A program made the position numbers and the translations under genes. The notes below the pieces were generated by a model that was given only the letters and a program-made list of their open reading frames with translations, was not told the DNA's origin and ran no database searches. From Podarcis erhardii (Eukaryota), in NCBI GenBank assembly GCA_964252035.1, contig OZ176205.1: a DNA stretch of 64,000 nucleotides, one strand, 5' to 3'. Shown piece after piece: positions 39,488-52,913 of this stretch. Each line of letters starts with the position of its first letter. Within the stretch, counting starts at the first letter, position 1.

Positions 39488-39842
39488 TGGTAAAGGTAAA
39501 GGGACCCCTGACCATTAGGTCCAGTCGTGACCGATTCCGGGGTTGCAGTGCTCATCTCGCTTTATTGGCCAAGGGAGCCGGCGTACAGCTTCCGGGTCAT
39601 GTGGCCAGCATGACTAAGCCACTTCTGGCGAACCAGAGCAGCACACGGAAACGCCGTTTACCTTCCCACCGGAGTGGTACCTATTTATCTACTTGCACTT
39701 TGATGTGCTTTCAAACTGCTAGGTTGGCAGGAGCAGAGACCATGCAACAGGAGCTCACCCCGTTGCAGGGATTCGAACCGCCAACCTTCTGATCGGCAAG
39801 TCCTAGGCTCTGTGGTTTAACCCACGGCGCCACCCACGTCCC
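39488..39842 (-). mobile_element. Sauria SINE (gggacccctgaccattagg subtype)
   Basis: Head and tail present. TSD agctttaaaat at 39477-39487 and 39845-39855. Confidence 0.92.
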
Positions 39843-39999
39843 ACAGCTTTAAAATACATCATCCTAAAAAAGCATAGACTTCCACCTTTTCCTCATTGTC
39901 TTTCCAATGCAATAACTCTCTAACTCTATAGCTGATTTCCTTCATTCTAGTGCCCATCTATCCAGTTGGAAGGGCGGAGTGCAAGTAATAAATTATTAT

Positions 40000-40000
<1 letters not shown>

Positions 40001-40036
<36 letters not shown>
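40001..40036. repeat. (AGT)12 microsatellite, probably a retroelement tail
   Basis: Read directly. Preceded by gaagggcggagtgcaagtaataaattattatt, an L2-type 3' end. Confidence 0.85.
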
Positions 40037-40037
<1 letters not shown>

Positions 40038-43000
40038 TTATTAGCATCTCTACTAAAATTTAACATGGAAGGAGGTAGATTTAGTAACAAAGTCTTTCTA
40101 TTCTGTTTTTTTCTCTGCACTAACCTAAACAATCTACATGCTTGCATACTGTGTCAAGATTAATTATGTGCTAGATCCTTATAGCCTCTGGGTTGTGAAT
40201 ATATAACCCTTCCCCTCTAATTCTATGGGGTTGTTTTCATCTCTTTGTACTCTCTTTCAGTTCAGAGCTTTAGCTTAAATTTAGGGAGTGCTGTTACTTA
40301 TATTCCCCAAATGAAACACTGGTTCTTCTCTGGGATCCAGGCAGGATAATTGAAGTTAAAATAGCTTATGTACAGGGGTCACCAACACATCACTTACAGG
40401 CACCAGTGTGCCAGCCAACACCTCCTATGGTACTCACAAAAGGTCTCAGGAAATATCCCATAAAAATTCACAATGCACCAGACTCCTGCTCAGTTTCCCT
40501 TTGCACTGGCTTGATGTCAACTACATTGAACAAGCCCCTTTTAAACATGCTCGCATTTCATTGGACACCATGATCGATACCACCCATTCTGAACAGAGGA
40601 AAGCTAAAAAGGGCATCTCTCTGTGAGTGTAATGGTAGCTGATGGTAGTCTCTTCTCCACTGATGCGGGACTGCTATGGGGAGCCTGCCTGCACCATCTT
40701 GTGGTGCTTTCTCTCTCTCTTTTTCTTTTAGATGGGACAGTCATTATGTGCTATCACTCTGGTAAGCAGCCTTTTCAAAATTCTACAGCACTTTATCAAA
40801 ATTCCAAGTATGCTCACTGGCCCCCAAAAGTTGGCAACCCTCTTATTGTTCATCACATGGTACTACAAGGTATTCCACACTATGTAGATTGTGTAAGAGT
40901 TTCAGAACTCTATCCTATCCGCAAACATTTCAAGTCAATACAGAAAAAGTACTTTTAGCATTGCTTCTTACTTTTAAATAAAATGATAGTAAAGTGCTAG
41001 ATAGCCCTATGCAAATATTTCATCAAATCTCAGACTGCCTCAATCATAGGAAAACCCTTATGACAAGAAACATCGCATGATCTGAACTGACTTGTTCCTA
41101 TACTTGGCCTCAGCTAGAACAAAGGTCAGCTACAAGCATTTTGATTACAAATGCAAACAACACTGTCAAAATATTTGGTAGTTTCCACAAAACAAGTACT
41201 TATTTTAAAAACATTTTGTGGCAGAAGTTCAGGGGTGAATGTGGATGTTTAGGCAGCTCAGATGGCACCATTCATTCAAAAAAGGAGGCTTTCAGCAGGC
41301 TTGTGGGGGAATTCCAAAGAGGGCTGAGCATGCTCAGTGGCCACAAAATGATGGCCGGCTGATGGAGGGAAGAAAAAACAGGAAATAAAGGAAGAAGGAG
41401 AATGGAATGGAGTACTGCATTCTGAAAGAGGTCGTGGCTGATTGGAACCCTCAACAGGATCACTCCACAGTGCAGCACTATGTGGCAGGTCCCACGTGTA
41501 ATCTATCATTCTGCTTTACTGTTATAAGCACAAGCCTGATTATGACAGGGATAATGTCTTTGATTCTAATGTATGACGGCAAGCTCATGTCCTGTAAGAG
41601 AGACTGTAAAACATTTTTTTGGAGGGGGGAACTGGCACTAGGCTGAGATATAAACATGATGAAAAACACTGCAGTGGTTTCCCATAAAAGGAAGACAAGC
41701 AAAGCCCTTTGCCTACAATGTACTGAGTGCTGATTTATTGCCATGTAGTAGGTTCTCAAGTCCTGGAAATAAAGGGATTAGAGTAGAAGATCCCACATAG
41801 CAATTAAATACAGAAGAATCCAGCTGTAATTCAGAGATCTTTCTTGATCAGCTACTATACAATAAATCATTAAAGGTAATCTCCTTCATCGTTGTTGAAT
41901 AAAGTACTGGGTCCAAAAGTTCATATGGCCTGCTACAAAGCCAGCTAATCTTCCATATCTAAAAGATAGCCTCAGACCATAGTTCTTGCTCAGTTCATCT
42001 ATAAAGCTGGTAAGAAAGAAGAAGCAAAAGATGGTAACCCAGAGAACATATTCTCATTCATCTCCAATAAAACCCCCTACTTGGGCACATGCGCAAGTTT
42101 GATCATACTTAAAGACGGCAACTTTTAGAAACAGCCAGTTTCTTTTAAATGTGAGTGGCTAAAGAGGAACAGAATGTGCATGTACTAAAAACAGTAATCT
42201 GTTTATAGAAAGGACTAGCAATTTCCTGGGCTTGAGGTAAAAAAATAGATTCTACAGAGGGCCAACACATTACTGCACCCCCACCCCAAGTTATACACAT
42301 ATATAGCAAATTATAGTAAAAATTGACCACTTTATGGGGGGACAGGGACTAAAGACCATGATTATAGAGCATTGGTATACTGTGAGGAGATTCATCTAAA
42401 AACAAATCTATTAAAACAAAAGAACCAAGAACAAAGTAAAGAAAAAGGAGTAAATTTTACAGTATTACTTCAGAAATAATGAGAATACAAAGCAGGTGCT
42501 TCCTATAAGTCAAATACCAGAACACACCATGTTGTTTTAGTAAGAGGGATATGCTTTCCTCTAGTTCCAGAATTGCTTTCTGAAAAATAGCCATCACTTA
42601 AACACAGGCAGAATATAAGGTTCTAATTTATAGCCATGTAAACTACTGAAGTAACTAAGAATGCCATCCTATGCAGTCTTATGAGGAAGAATGTCACAGT
42701 GAATACAGTGGAACTTTGCGGACCAAAAAGCATGCACAGAATTGGGTGTAATTTACAGTAGTCCAGATAAATAGGAGTCAGCATCAAATCCGAACATCAC
42801 TACTGCAAACAACTTCAAGCTAAACACATTTCTGCACAGTGTGTGAAGTGCGTGGCAGCAAGGAAAGCAGATGATTTGTGGACTAACCTTTTTTTTACAG
42901 GTTAGTCATTGGATTATGTTATGAATTTGGTGCTCTGCAAGCCAAGTGGGCTGAAATCCCTGCCAATCCATTTGTGATGCTGTAGTCTTTACTAAAAGTA

Positions 43001-43172
43001 GTTGCATCACCACACTGTATTCTTGGGGCCTGAAAGACAATGAGAGGCGTCTTGGTAGAATGTCCACATGGCAGTCTGAATTCAGTAATCAGTACAAGAT
43101 TGTCGGATTCATGATGGCACTTTGTAGCTATTCTAAACCATATACGTGGACTGGTATATAATAATAATATGG

Positions 43173-43412
43173 TAATAATTTATTTTTTTGTACCTAGCCC
43201 ATCTGACTGGGTTGCCCCAGCAACTCTGGGTGGCTTCCAAAATGATATAAAGAAACAGAACAACAGCAACAACACAACAGAACATCACACATTAAAAGCG
43301 TCCTGATACAGGGCTTCCTTCAGATGTCTATGGAAGGTCATATAATTATTTATCTCTTTAACATCTTTGAGCATTCCACAGGGTGGGCATGACTACTGAG
43401 AAGGTACTGAAA
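43173..43412 (-). mobile_element. L2-type 3' fragment
   Basis: taataatttatt...gcccatctgactgggttgccccagcaactctgggtggcttcc..., similar to the fragment at 22770. Confidence 0.55.
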
Positions 43413-44138
43413 CTTCCTCTGGTACAGGCTGCAATTCCTACACATTAGTTCTGGAACAGCAGGCTGGATGTGTGGGCAGGTATGTATGTAAATTATTTGA
43501 CTCTCATGAGTTAGGGATGAAATGTGCCTAATACTAATTAATGTCTATTGTATTAAAATCCTGAAAAGCAGCCAAACTCCCATCAACTTCCTAATGATTA
43601 ACTGATTCATACTTAATAGAGAGACAGCTGCTGTTGATAGTTATTTCCATTCTCAATGGGACAGCTCATACCACACCTGCATTTTCTCTTTTACAATTGT
43701 ACTTTGGGGGGGGGGGTGTCTTTCAAGAAGAGCTGTGCTATTCTATAAAACTTCACACACTTCCACTTCACTGCAGTGCTAATGAAAAGGAGTGAACTTT
43801 CATACCATTCAATTGATAGACTTGTTTCATTGCATACTTTATTTTACGAGTATATGCTCAACATACGGCATATACCTGGTCTGTGTCACTGAGCCTTTGG
43901 AGGATAAATAAGATGGAGTTGGTATCTTCCACCTTTGACCTCCAGGTTAACTAGTACAACATCAACATACATTTGAGCTCAGGGGAAATATCACAATGGT
44001 CTAGAAGCATTCCCTTTCCAGGCTTCCCATCAGGTTGGATACCACTTTTAAGGGTTTGTGCCTGGTGTTGGACACTAGGGAGAAAGTGGGACTGTTGAGG
44101 TGTGGCCTACCCCTACCCTGCTGCCCAGTAGTCTACAC

Positions 44139-44274
44139 CAGGCATCCCCAACCTGTGGCCCTCCAGATGTTTTGGCCTACAACTCCCATGATCCCTAGCT
44201 AACAGGACCAATGGTCTGGGATGATGGTTATTGTAGTCTAAAACATCTGGAGGGCCAAAGGATGGGGATGCCTG
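44139..44274. mobile_element. Intact 136-bp palindromic hAT MITE
   Basis: TIRs caggcatcccca and tggggatgcctg. 8-bp TSD gtctacac / gtccacac (44131-44138, 44275-44282). Confidence 0.88.
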
Positions 44275-47200
44275 GTCCACACAAAAGAGAGGAATGACTA
44301 TATTCAAAGCAAGGCAACATTCAACTCTGAAATACAGTAATTTAGAAAGCATAGGTTTCATTCACAGGAAGTTTCTAAAGATATTATGGTCTCATGATTT
44401 CTACTTTTCAAAAAAATATATGAAAAGAAACATTTCATCAGTAGGCTTAGCCTAATTTCATTATTCCCCTTAAAATTAAAATAAATGGATAAATGATTTC
44501 CCTCTCATTTGCAGTTAATTTTCCCCAAGACATACAAAGCTACTTGGGACAGACTTAAGTAGCCTTGTTTATAGGAGACAAACCACTCCACCATAGACTT
44601 GCAGCTACTGAACACTTTGAAATGCTTTGCTCAGTACTGGCCATCATCTAAGAACATAGACTGGGCTACAGAGGCTATTAGTCTGACACAGTACATCAGG
44701 TTAAATGTCTGAGGTAGAGAAGGCTCACCCAACTTCCACAAATTATGTTTGGAAACATTAACTGGACCATCTTTTTTCTGTTTCCCATCCATCATTTGGA
44801 CTTCAATTCCCATCCAACTGTAATGAGCCGGATAGGAAAGGGTTCAGCAATAGCAATTCTAAGTTTAAGTTATAATTTATCCACAGGCAGCAATGAAGAC
44901 CAACACAACCTTACCTTATATGACATACTTTTAGACTTGTGTGCAATTTTTACAATAACATTCTGCCCCGAAATGATAGGTGCCTTTAAACAGAACTAGC
45001 CAGGTACCACTTAGCTTTATTTTTGGCTTTAAAGTTCAGCAATTTTAAGTTCAGCATCAGGATGATTGCAAAATAGCATGGAAGACTTACTTCCTACACC
45101 TATGAGTGAGCATAAGCTTGAACAAAATATGGGAACGTACTCAGGTACAAACATATGAAATAATAGTGTAAAAAAAAAAAAGGTCCCGTATATCAGAATT
45201 CTAATTTACTGTGCTCCTCATATCCTGGTTGATCACGTGTCCTAAATTACACTTAAATACATAAATGGCTTTCAGTTTTGGACTGCTATAGATCAGCAAC
45301 TTCAATGAATTTTCTGTCATTTTTGTCCTCACTTCTTACGAGTCTGATATCCTGCCAACTGTGTTTACTGTGGGGAAAACAGGCCTACAATTCACTTCTG
45401 AGCACAGGGTTCTTTATTAGAAAGCCAGTAATTCAAAGGTATGTCCGCAACATTTTTCATAATTAAATGTTTTTATTTTATCATAATCTAAAAGTTGCCT
45501 TTTCTCCCACACTGCAATGGACATAAGCCAGGATGAAAGCTTTCCAAGTACTATACAGCCTCTCTTCTAGGAAATAAAATAACAAGAAAAATGCCCTTCT
45601 GGCAATGCTCTTTGGATTCCCAAAAAAGGAATTGTGCATCACAACTGTTCTATTTACAAAAATAGTTAAAAGCACAACATGTTACTGTTCACTATTTGTT
45701 GCTCTCCCATATTAGTCTGCTAGAGGCTCACCTAACATTACTACCAAGCAAACTCCATTGCTTCAAAGTAACTTGTAGCAGTGTCTGACTGGGGCATACC
45801 TCACCATATTAGGTAGTCCGATCCCAGGAAAAACAAAAGGCTATTGCAGGCACACATAAAAGACTTTGCTCTTGGAGAACACCATGACAGTAAAGCAGAG
45901 AAATGAATGGAAGATTTTATGGAAGGTCTGTAGGAGTAGCAGTGTGATGTGGGGGGACGGGGGACTTTCCGCTGAACTGTTAAGTGTACGATGAGAACAG
46001 AAGGTGTAGCACTTTTGTAACAAAGCAAGTGTTAAATATACAAGAGATCAGCACAAGCCTGCAACTCACCTTTAAAGCTGAAATATTAGCATAGATAATT
46101 CACTGAATTCTCAAAAAGAAGTAGAAAAACACCAACAAGTTTAAGATCCTGAATTTGAACCAATCAGGTGATCAGCAACTCACGACACGGGACAGGTGAA
46201 TTCCAACTACATAATTTCCAAACACATCCAGTTTCGGTTTGTATTCCTAGCATGCTCTTTACTGCAAGTACAGGAAACATGTAACCCTCCACACTTCTTG
46301 CCTCCAACTCCCATCAGTCCATGTTAGCATGGCTAATGGTCAGGAATGCTGGGAGATGGAGTCCAACAACATTTTGAGGATGAACGGTTCCCCATCCCTG
46401 CTTTAGCAGATGGATGCTCTACAAATTTTATGTCACCTGTTGCAACCACAGAATTATAAACTGGATTGGATCGAGCATTGCACAAGCAGAAGGTCACATG
46501 TGCAACTTTTCCACATTTTTGAAATGAGCCATTACAGATTTACATTTTTAGTGTGTTTACCTTTAATAGATTAAGTTAGATTTACTTTTCATAACAGCCT
46601 CAACGTAGCATTTTTTACACACACACAAACCACCCTCAAATCAAGCCAGCTTCTGAGCATGTGCTAGTACTTAGCTTTCTGTCCATCTGGCAGGCTTCTA
46701 ACAGTACATATAATTCTATGTGAGGTTCACACAAGATCAACATCTGGCCAAATTATTACAGTTCGAGGAAAAAATTCAAAATGAGTCCCAACCAAATAAA
46801 TAAATAAATAAATGATTTCAGCAAGACTACCCAACTGTTGTTTATTTATCTCACTTCTAACATCAAATATATTTGACAAGCTTATTTGAAGGAAGAAATG
46901 CTGCACTATTATTTGTTTTAAGAGAAGCAATTTTCAGTCCAAATTTATTAAGAATCCCAATTCCTCTTACTGGAAGTTCTTACATAAAGTTATTAGTTTC
47001 TCACTTCATACTTTGAAAGCTGCAGAACATGCTCCCTCTAGTGGCAATTCTGCTAAGTGATTTGGTCATTCAGTGATGTCCTAAATCATTAAATCTTATC
47101 AAAATCATTTTTGGCAGAGCCAGCAGTATTTATGAAAACATGACATCAGATAACTTTCCAAAAGTGCCCCTGCATTTCTTCTTAATACATTTGCACTGCT

Positions 47201-47424
47201 TTGATACTATTCCCTGCAGCATCTTCCATGTCCTTTGCCCTGACAGCCTCATTGTGCCCATCCTTCCATTTAATGCGGTTGGCTGCAGCAGCCTATGAGA
47301 TTTTTGTCAATGATGTCATGATGGTCTGATGAAACACCGTCATGGATGTTCATGAACAAAACCATGTGTGACTATAGCCAAATGGATTAATGGCAGTCTG
47401 GGCAGATGAAGCCAAGAACCATAA

Positions 47425-47845
47425 TGTCAGGCACTGATCGTTGTCCTCTTCAGATCACCACACGAACGCTTCTTGTTCTTTTATAACTTTTTATTGATTA
47501 TTAACAAAACAATCTTATAAACGGTTCTTAAATATTATTCCTCAGAGTCACTTCTTTCAGATACCTTCTGAGCTCTGCTTCTCCGTGACCAGCCACTCTC
47601 AAAATGGCGAAGGCGCCCTTCCCTTTGTTTTCCCCGCTCTTTTTTCTAACCTCCTGGCTATAGCTGGCTTGTATCTCCCCTCCTCCGAATCTGAGCTAGA
47701 ACTTAACCCTTGCCTTTCCTGGGAACAGCCGGTCACTCCCTGTTGTTCCTCTTGCTCTCTTCTATTAGATTCACTGCTCTCCTTCCCCCCTTGGGGAATG
47801 CTTTCTCCCTCTGATAAACTGGAAACTTCTAACTCTTCCCTGACA
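47425..47845 (-). mobile_element. Solo LTR (421 bp)
   Basis: Termini TGTCAGG...CCTGACA, 5-bp TSD cataa at 47420-47424 and 47846-47850, minus-strand AATAAA at 47490-47495 near its 3' end. Superfamily not determined. Confidence 0.82.
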
Positions 47846-47854
47846 CATAAGCAT

Positions 47855-49150
47855 GACTAAGTGATCTTGCGACACAAAAGAGCACAGATAATTTTTATCA
47901 ATTCCAACTTTGAAACTGTCCTCTCACTAAACACAACAGGTACAAGTAAAGTGAGAGTAATGTGAAGTACTACACATAAATTGATATAAATACCTTGACT
48001 ACGGTAAAGGTACCCCTGACCGTTAGGTCCAGTCATGGACGACTCTGGGGTTGTGGCACTCATCTCGCTTTACTGGCCGAGGGAGCCTGCATTTGTCTCT
48101 TCCGCAGACAGTTTCTGGGTCATGTGGCCATCATGACTAAGCTGCTTCTGGCGAACCAGAGCAGTGCACGAAAATGCCGTTTACCTTCCTGCCAGAGCGG
48201 TAACTATTTATCTACTTGCACTTTGACATGCTTTCGAACTGCTAGGTTGGCAGGACCAGGGACCGAGCAATGGGAGCTCACCCCATTGCAGGGATTCGAA
48301 CCACTGACTTTCTGATCAGCAAGCCCTAGGACCTGTGTCCCTGTGCATTTTTCTGGAGATTGATTATATAACAAAAAAAATTTCATGATCTGAGACAGCA
48401 ACTCTGCTGAATTATTCTCTCTCTCTCTCTCAAGGAGCAAAAATACATCTTTGCAGTCCTTTCCAATGTTATCATCTTCCATTTTAGCCAAATATTTAAC
48501 ATCAACTATCAATTCATACTTTTCCTTCAACTGCAACATTTGCTTAAACCTGTTACCTAGGTGAGCAATTGTTTCATCTACCATAACATTAAACAATGCT
48601 GTGCAAAATTTAGCTGTAGGATCAAGAATGAGGTCATCTGTTCTTTTGCCTAGGGAAAGTTTGCATTTCTTTCTCACATGTTGCTCAGGGAATGTTATCT
48701 CCACTACTGATGTGGATGGGCCTGGCTTAAGTGGAGAATGGCCCTCTGCCAGTGATTTTGTAGAAAAGAACATGCTTGCCTATAATGCTGCTGAAAGAAA
48801 GCATAATGAGACTGACAGACTATAAAAGAGGCAGGCAGAATTTGTACAATAATTTGGGGACCCCTCAATTCTATCAAAGGGGGAAAAATTACAGCCATCT
48901 TGTGATTTCCCCTTATTAGTAACTAGGGGAGGCACAAAGCTTCACATTTTCCAAACTGGAATTTGGATTATGACACAACCAGTCTGTCTCCAAAGCATTT
49001 CAGATCAAGTCTTGCATATTTCTGAAGCACTGAATTGTGGTTCAAACCTAACTTGGTGGTCAATGTGCACCTCGAATTTTAGCACAAACCTAAGTACGTT
49101 TTCTCTTGCTTTTGACATACTGAACACACTGAAAAATATCCTACAGTCCA
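47855..49150 (-). mobile_element. hAT transposase fossil interrupted by a Sauria SINE
   Basis: IYINLCVVLHITLTLLVPVVFSERTVSKLELIK resembles the hAT dimerisation motif (PNLxxxLRIxLTLPVTxAxxERSFSKLKLIK). FPEQHVRKK...DPTAKFCTALFNVMVDETIAHLGNRF resembles the preceding hAT region. The 5' limit is approximate. Confidence 0.72.
48003..48341 (-). mobile_element. Sauria SINE with shortened 5' head
   Basis: ggtaaaggtacccctgaccgttaggtccagtc...ctaggacctgtgtccc. No clear TSD. Confidence 0.88.
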
Positions 49151-49379
49151 ATGAACAAGGAAAAGAGCTACAGAATTTTATTACTTTAAAGTAATGATAA
49201 TGCAACCAGAAGAGAATACCAGGCCTATTGCTAGATTCAGGTACAAACTCCAGAAAAACATTTCAAAGCGCACTTTCACATACATATTCTCAAAATGCAA
49301 ATGAACTGAGAACTATCCTGTGGCCAAAGATTCACAAGAACAAACAAATACACATATATGCTTTTGATTGTTCACTTAC

Positions 49380-49421
49380 CCTGTCCTCTTTCACTTCTTC
49401 AGTACCATCCATCTCATCATC
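49380..49421 (-). CDS. PPP1R12B: PPP1R12B exon DDEMDGTEEVKEDR
   Basis: gatttcctag|GAT...AGG|gtaagt, 42 nt, phase 0/0. Confidence 0.93.
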
Positions 49422-50158
49422 CTAGGAAATCAAAAAGGGGGAAAGAAATCATACCATGAACATTTCAAATGAAGCACTGGTTTTCTATATATTTGTAGTA
49501 AGAAAGGTTTAGGTAGCAAGACACGGTACTTTAAGATATCTATCTATACAAAATATCTTAACAGAACGTAGAAGACTATACAGTTTGGAAGCTTCTAATA
49601 ATTAATCCTTGAAACCATGCACCACCAGATAAATTACTGCTTCAGTCAAACAGAACAGGAAAACAGTGAGTTTCATCATCATGGGATGCAATCATGTTCC
49701 CTAAAAGTAACTTGCTTTTTAGAAAAGAAAGAAATAAAGTATTTGAAAAATATTACAAGCAGGGTCAATTCAGATATTGACAGTGCCTTCACACCACAGT
49801 AAACTATGGTTAGGGCATGAGTTACAGCAAAACTTGAGGTTCATGAGCAGCCTCATGCAACTGGAGGGCATTTGTTGAAGGTCACTTTCATTTTTAAAGA
49901 ATGTATGCCATTTTGTGTGCCTTATGTACTGAACTGATCTGAGCATTAAAATATTTAGCAGAACAAGAGCTGGGAGTTTGAGGGCCAGGACAGTGATTGC
50001 TGACTCATTTACATATTAAATAGCATTGAAACAGTATTCTCATTTTCACAGCTGGATCTTGCATTTCCAGTTTAGATTTTGCCTCCCTAGCAATTGGTAT
50101 GTGCAACTTGGTTAATTTTTCATCCTCCTTCAATTCCACCAGGAATGTCATTACTTAC

Positions 50159-50271
50159 ATCCTTTGTAAAGAAAGAGATCCCTGTGCCTCTTCGTCTCTC
50201 TTTCGGCCTCCTCCTCTCTCTAACCGACTGCTTGTTTGAAGTTCTGTCATCCAAATCCTGATCTTCGTATT
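50159..50271 (-). CDS. PPP1R12B: PPP1R12B exon (E)YEDQDLDDRTSNKQSVRERRRPKERRRGTGISFFTKD
   Basis: tttggacag|AA...GAT|gtaagt, 113 nt, phase 1/0. Contains the second inhibitory-site motif RRGTG. Confidence 0.96.
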
Positions 50272-51081
50272 CTGTCCAAAGAAATATAGTTTTAGCTATA
50301 AATAGCCAGGTAAATTGATTTACCAATACCATGGAAACATTATCAAATCAAGGCAAATTAATCCCAACATAAAGATTTCCATTCTAAACACCTAACAATT
50401 TATATTTATTTTTTTAATTTCAAAGACCAAGCAGTGGATCCTCCCTAAAGCAGATGTATTTTAATATGATGCGAAGCCATTAGCTCAAAGAAACATTCAA
50501 CTGAGATTAATGTGATTGTTCAGGAGGGGCTCAAATTCCTAGAGATGTTATTTCATTGTTGTTGTTTTTTAAAAAATGTTTTTATTAAAAGATTTTCCAT
50601 AAGTAACAAGAGTACATTCAGTGTCTCTATTTTCAAATCATATTTTCATACCCATCAATTACAGTCAATTTGAGACATTTATGTTGTAGGCAATGAGGGG
50701 TAAGAGAAGTGGGGGAGGGAGAGGGAAGAAAAAAAAGAAGGGGGGTGAGAGAGACTGTAAACTTTCCTTCTCAGAGTTTATGAGTGATGCTTTTTTTGTC
50801 AGCATCATGTGGATAGGCGTCTTATTTTTGCTGGTGGAGTGAGAGATTGGAGGGCCCAGGGCATGGTTGGTTGCAGTTGATACTGGCTTTGTTAACCCAA
50901 ACAAAGAAGATTCAGCATTCCAAATACTATATTTTGTAATATATTGTACTATATATTAAGGGTGGAGAAGCTTTTCTTGGATATTCTTGGATTTTCTTGG
51001 TCAAGTATGAAGTATAGTATTACACAGTACAAAAACAAACTCAAAAGATTTGTACAATATTGTAATTACAATAGTAAATAC

Positions 51082-51265
51082 CATTTTTCTCCATGTCAGC
51101 AGCAGATGTACTTTGGAAGTCTGATGGGTTCACAGAATCAGAAGATACAGATCTACTTGTCCTGGGAAGGTGAGAACTTGAATAAAGATAAGGAGCTAAT
51201 GAAGGAGAGATGGGGCTTGTGGGTTTGTCTTGCTGCGCCGAGCCCCTCAATCGTTGACCAACAGA
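51082..51265 (-). CDS. PPP1R12B: PPP1R12B exon SVGQRLRGSAQQDKPTSPISPSLAPYLYSSSHLPRTSRSVSSDSVNPSDFQSTSAADMEKN
   Basis: tgtctttcag|TCT...AATG|gtattt, 184 nt, phase 0/1. The internal ATG at 51092-51094 (MEKN) corresponds to the heart-type M21 start. Confidence 0.93.
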
Positions 51266-52030
51266 CTGAAAGACAAATGAGCAGAATTAATGACTTAATA
51301 AGAAGATAATTAACAGCTAGCAAAGTACAAGTTTTCTCCTCAATCTTTAATCATACTCTATTAATGGAGTTAGACTACCTATAGAAAGGTTCATTCCATT
51401 CTGATTTAGGGTGGCTATAAAGAACAAGAATAATCATTTGAGTTAAGAGACAAAGCTTATTTTACTTATAATAATGATAGTGTGAAAAAGAGGATTATAA
51501 ATCTATCTTTGTTCATAATGATTTCAGAGAAGGAAAAATGTAGATAATCTAGTGTCTAGGGGTGAAGACACTCCCCCCACTGCAACACAACTTTGTATAG
51601 TCACCCTGTCACCTTGTGGTCAAAATCTGTATGTATCCCAATCTTGCGAATGATTCCATGTGTGTTTACATGTGTATTAGCAAATTCAGCAAACCTAGTT
51701 TGAGTCATGCCCAACAAGAACCATACCTACAATCTAAATGCAAGAGAAACCATTTAAAAGCCTACAGATATGAGCACATCTCCAAAGCTATCATAAAAAT
51801 TGCCTTGTGGTTTAAGGGAAAAAGAAAAAAATGACTGTATGGTCAGAGAACCTGCATTAGGTAGTATCATCTCACAGTTGTAGACAAAGATGAAAATTGT
51901 TTGTCAGTTAATAATATTACAACCCTTGAAAGTCTGTATGGAAACTATTTAAAATGCCATTTATTAAGTTCTGACATCTAGACATGCCCTCCAAGTGTTA
52001 ATAAAACAACAACACTGCTAATACAGCTTT

Positions 52031-52620
52031 CTGCATCAATAGGAGTATAGCATCTAGATCAAGGGAAGTAATAGTGCCACTGTATTCTGCTCTGGTCAGA
52101 CCTCACCTGGAGTACTGTGTCCAGGTCTGGGCACCACAGTTCAAGAAGGACACTGACAAACTGGAACGTGTCCAGAGGAGGGCAACCAAAATGGTCAAAG
52201 GCCTGGAAACGATGCCTTATGAAGAACGGCTAAGGGAGCTGGGCATGTTTAGCCTGGAGAGGAGGAGGTTAAGGGGGGATATGATAGCCATGTTCAAATA
52301 TATAAAAGGATGTCACATAGAGGAGGGAGAAAGGTTGTTTTCTGCTGCTCCAGAGAAGCGGACACGGAGCAATGGTTCCAAACTACAAGAAAAAAGATTC
52401 CACCTAAACATTAGGAAGAACTTCCTGACAGTAAGAGCTGTTCGACAGTGGAATTTGCTGCCAAGGAGTGTGGTGGAGTCTCCTTCTTTGGAGGTCTTTA
52501 AGCAGAGGCTTGACAACCATATGTCAGGAGTGCTCTGATGGTGTTTCCTGCTTGGCAGGGGGTTGGACTCGATGGCCCTTGTGGTCTCTTCCAACTCTAT
52601 GATTCTATGATTCTATGATT
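52031..52620 (+). mobile_element. CR1 3' fragment (about 590 bp), same young family as 4605-7510
   Basis: ORF 52074-52538 differs from the minus-strand copy at only two residues (F/V, K/R). Ends in (ATTCTATG)n. Confidence 0.96.
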
Positions 52621-52913
52621 AGTTACAGTTCAAGTATTTGGAAAGAACAAATATTCATTTTGAACACTCAGCATGATTTTCTCATCACACTTTGTATTCC
52701 TTTACACTTATAGGTTTTCCTTACTGTTGGGCATAATAAATGAATGGTGAAGTGGAAAGCAAAGCAACATCTGACAGCTACAGTGCTTACGTTCAAAAAG
52801 TGGATCCAATCTCTCCTAAAACCTTTAAAGCAGAATAATTAAAAACCTGATGCTCATATCAAGCCATAAAAACATTTTGAAAAAAGGTAGCTGGACACCA
52901 AATCATAGAGTTG

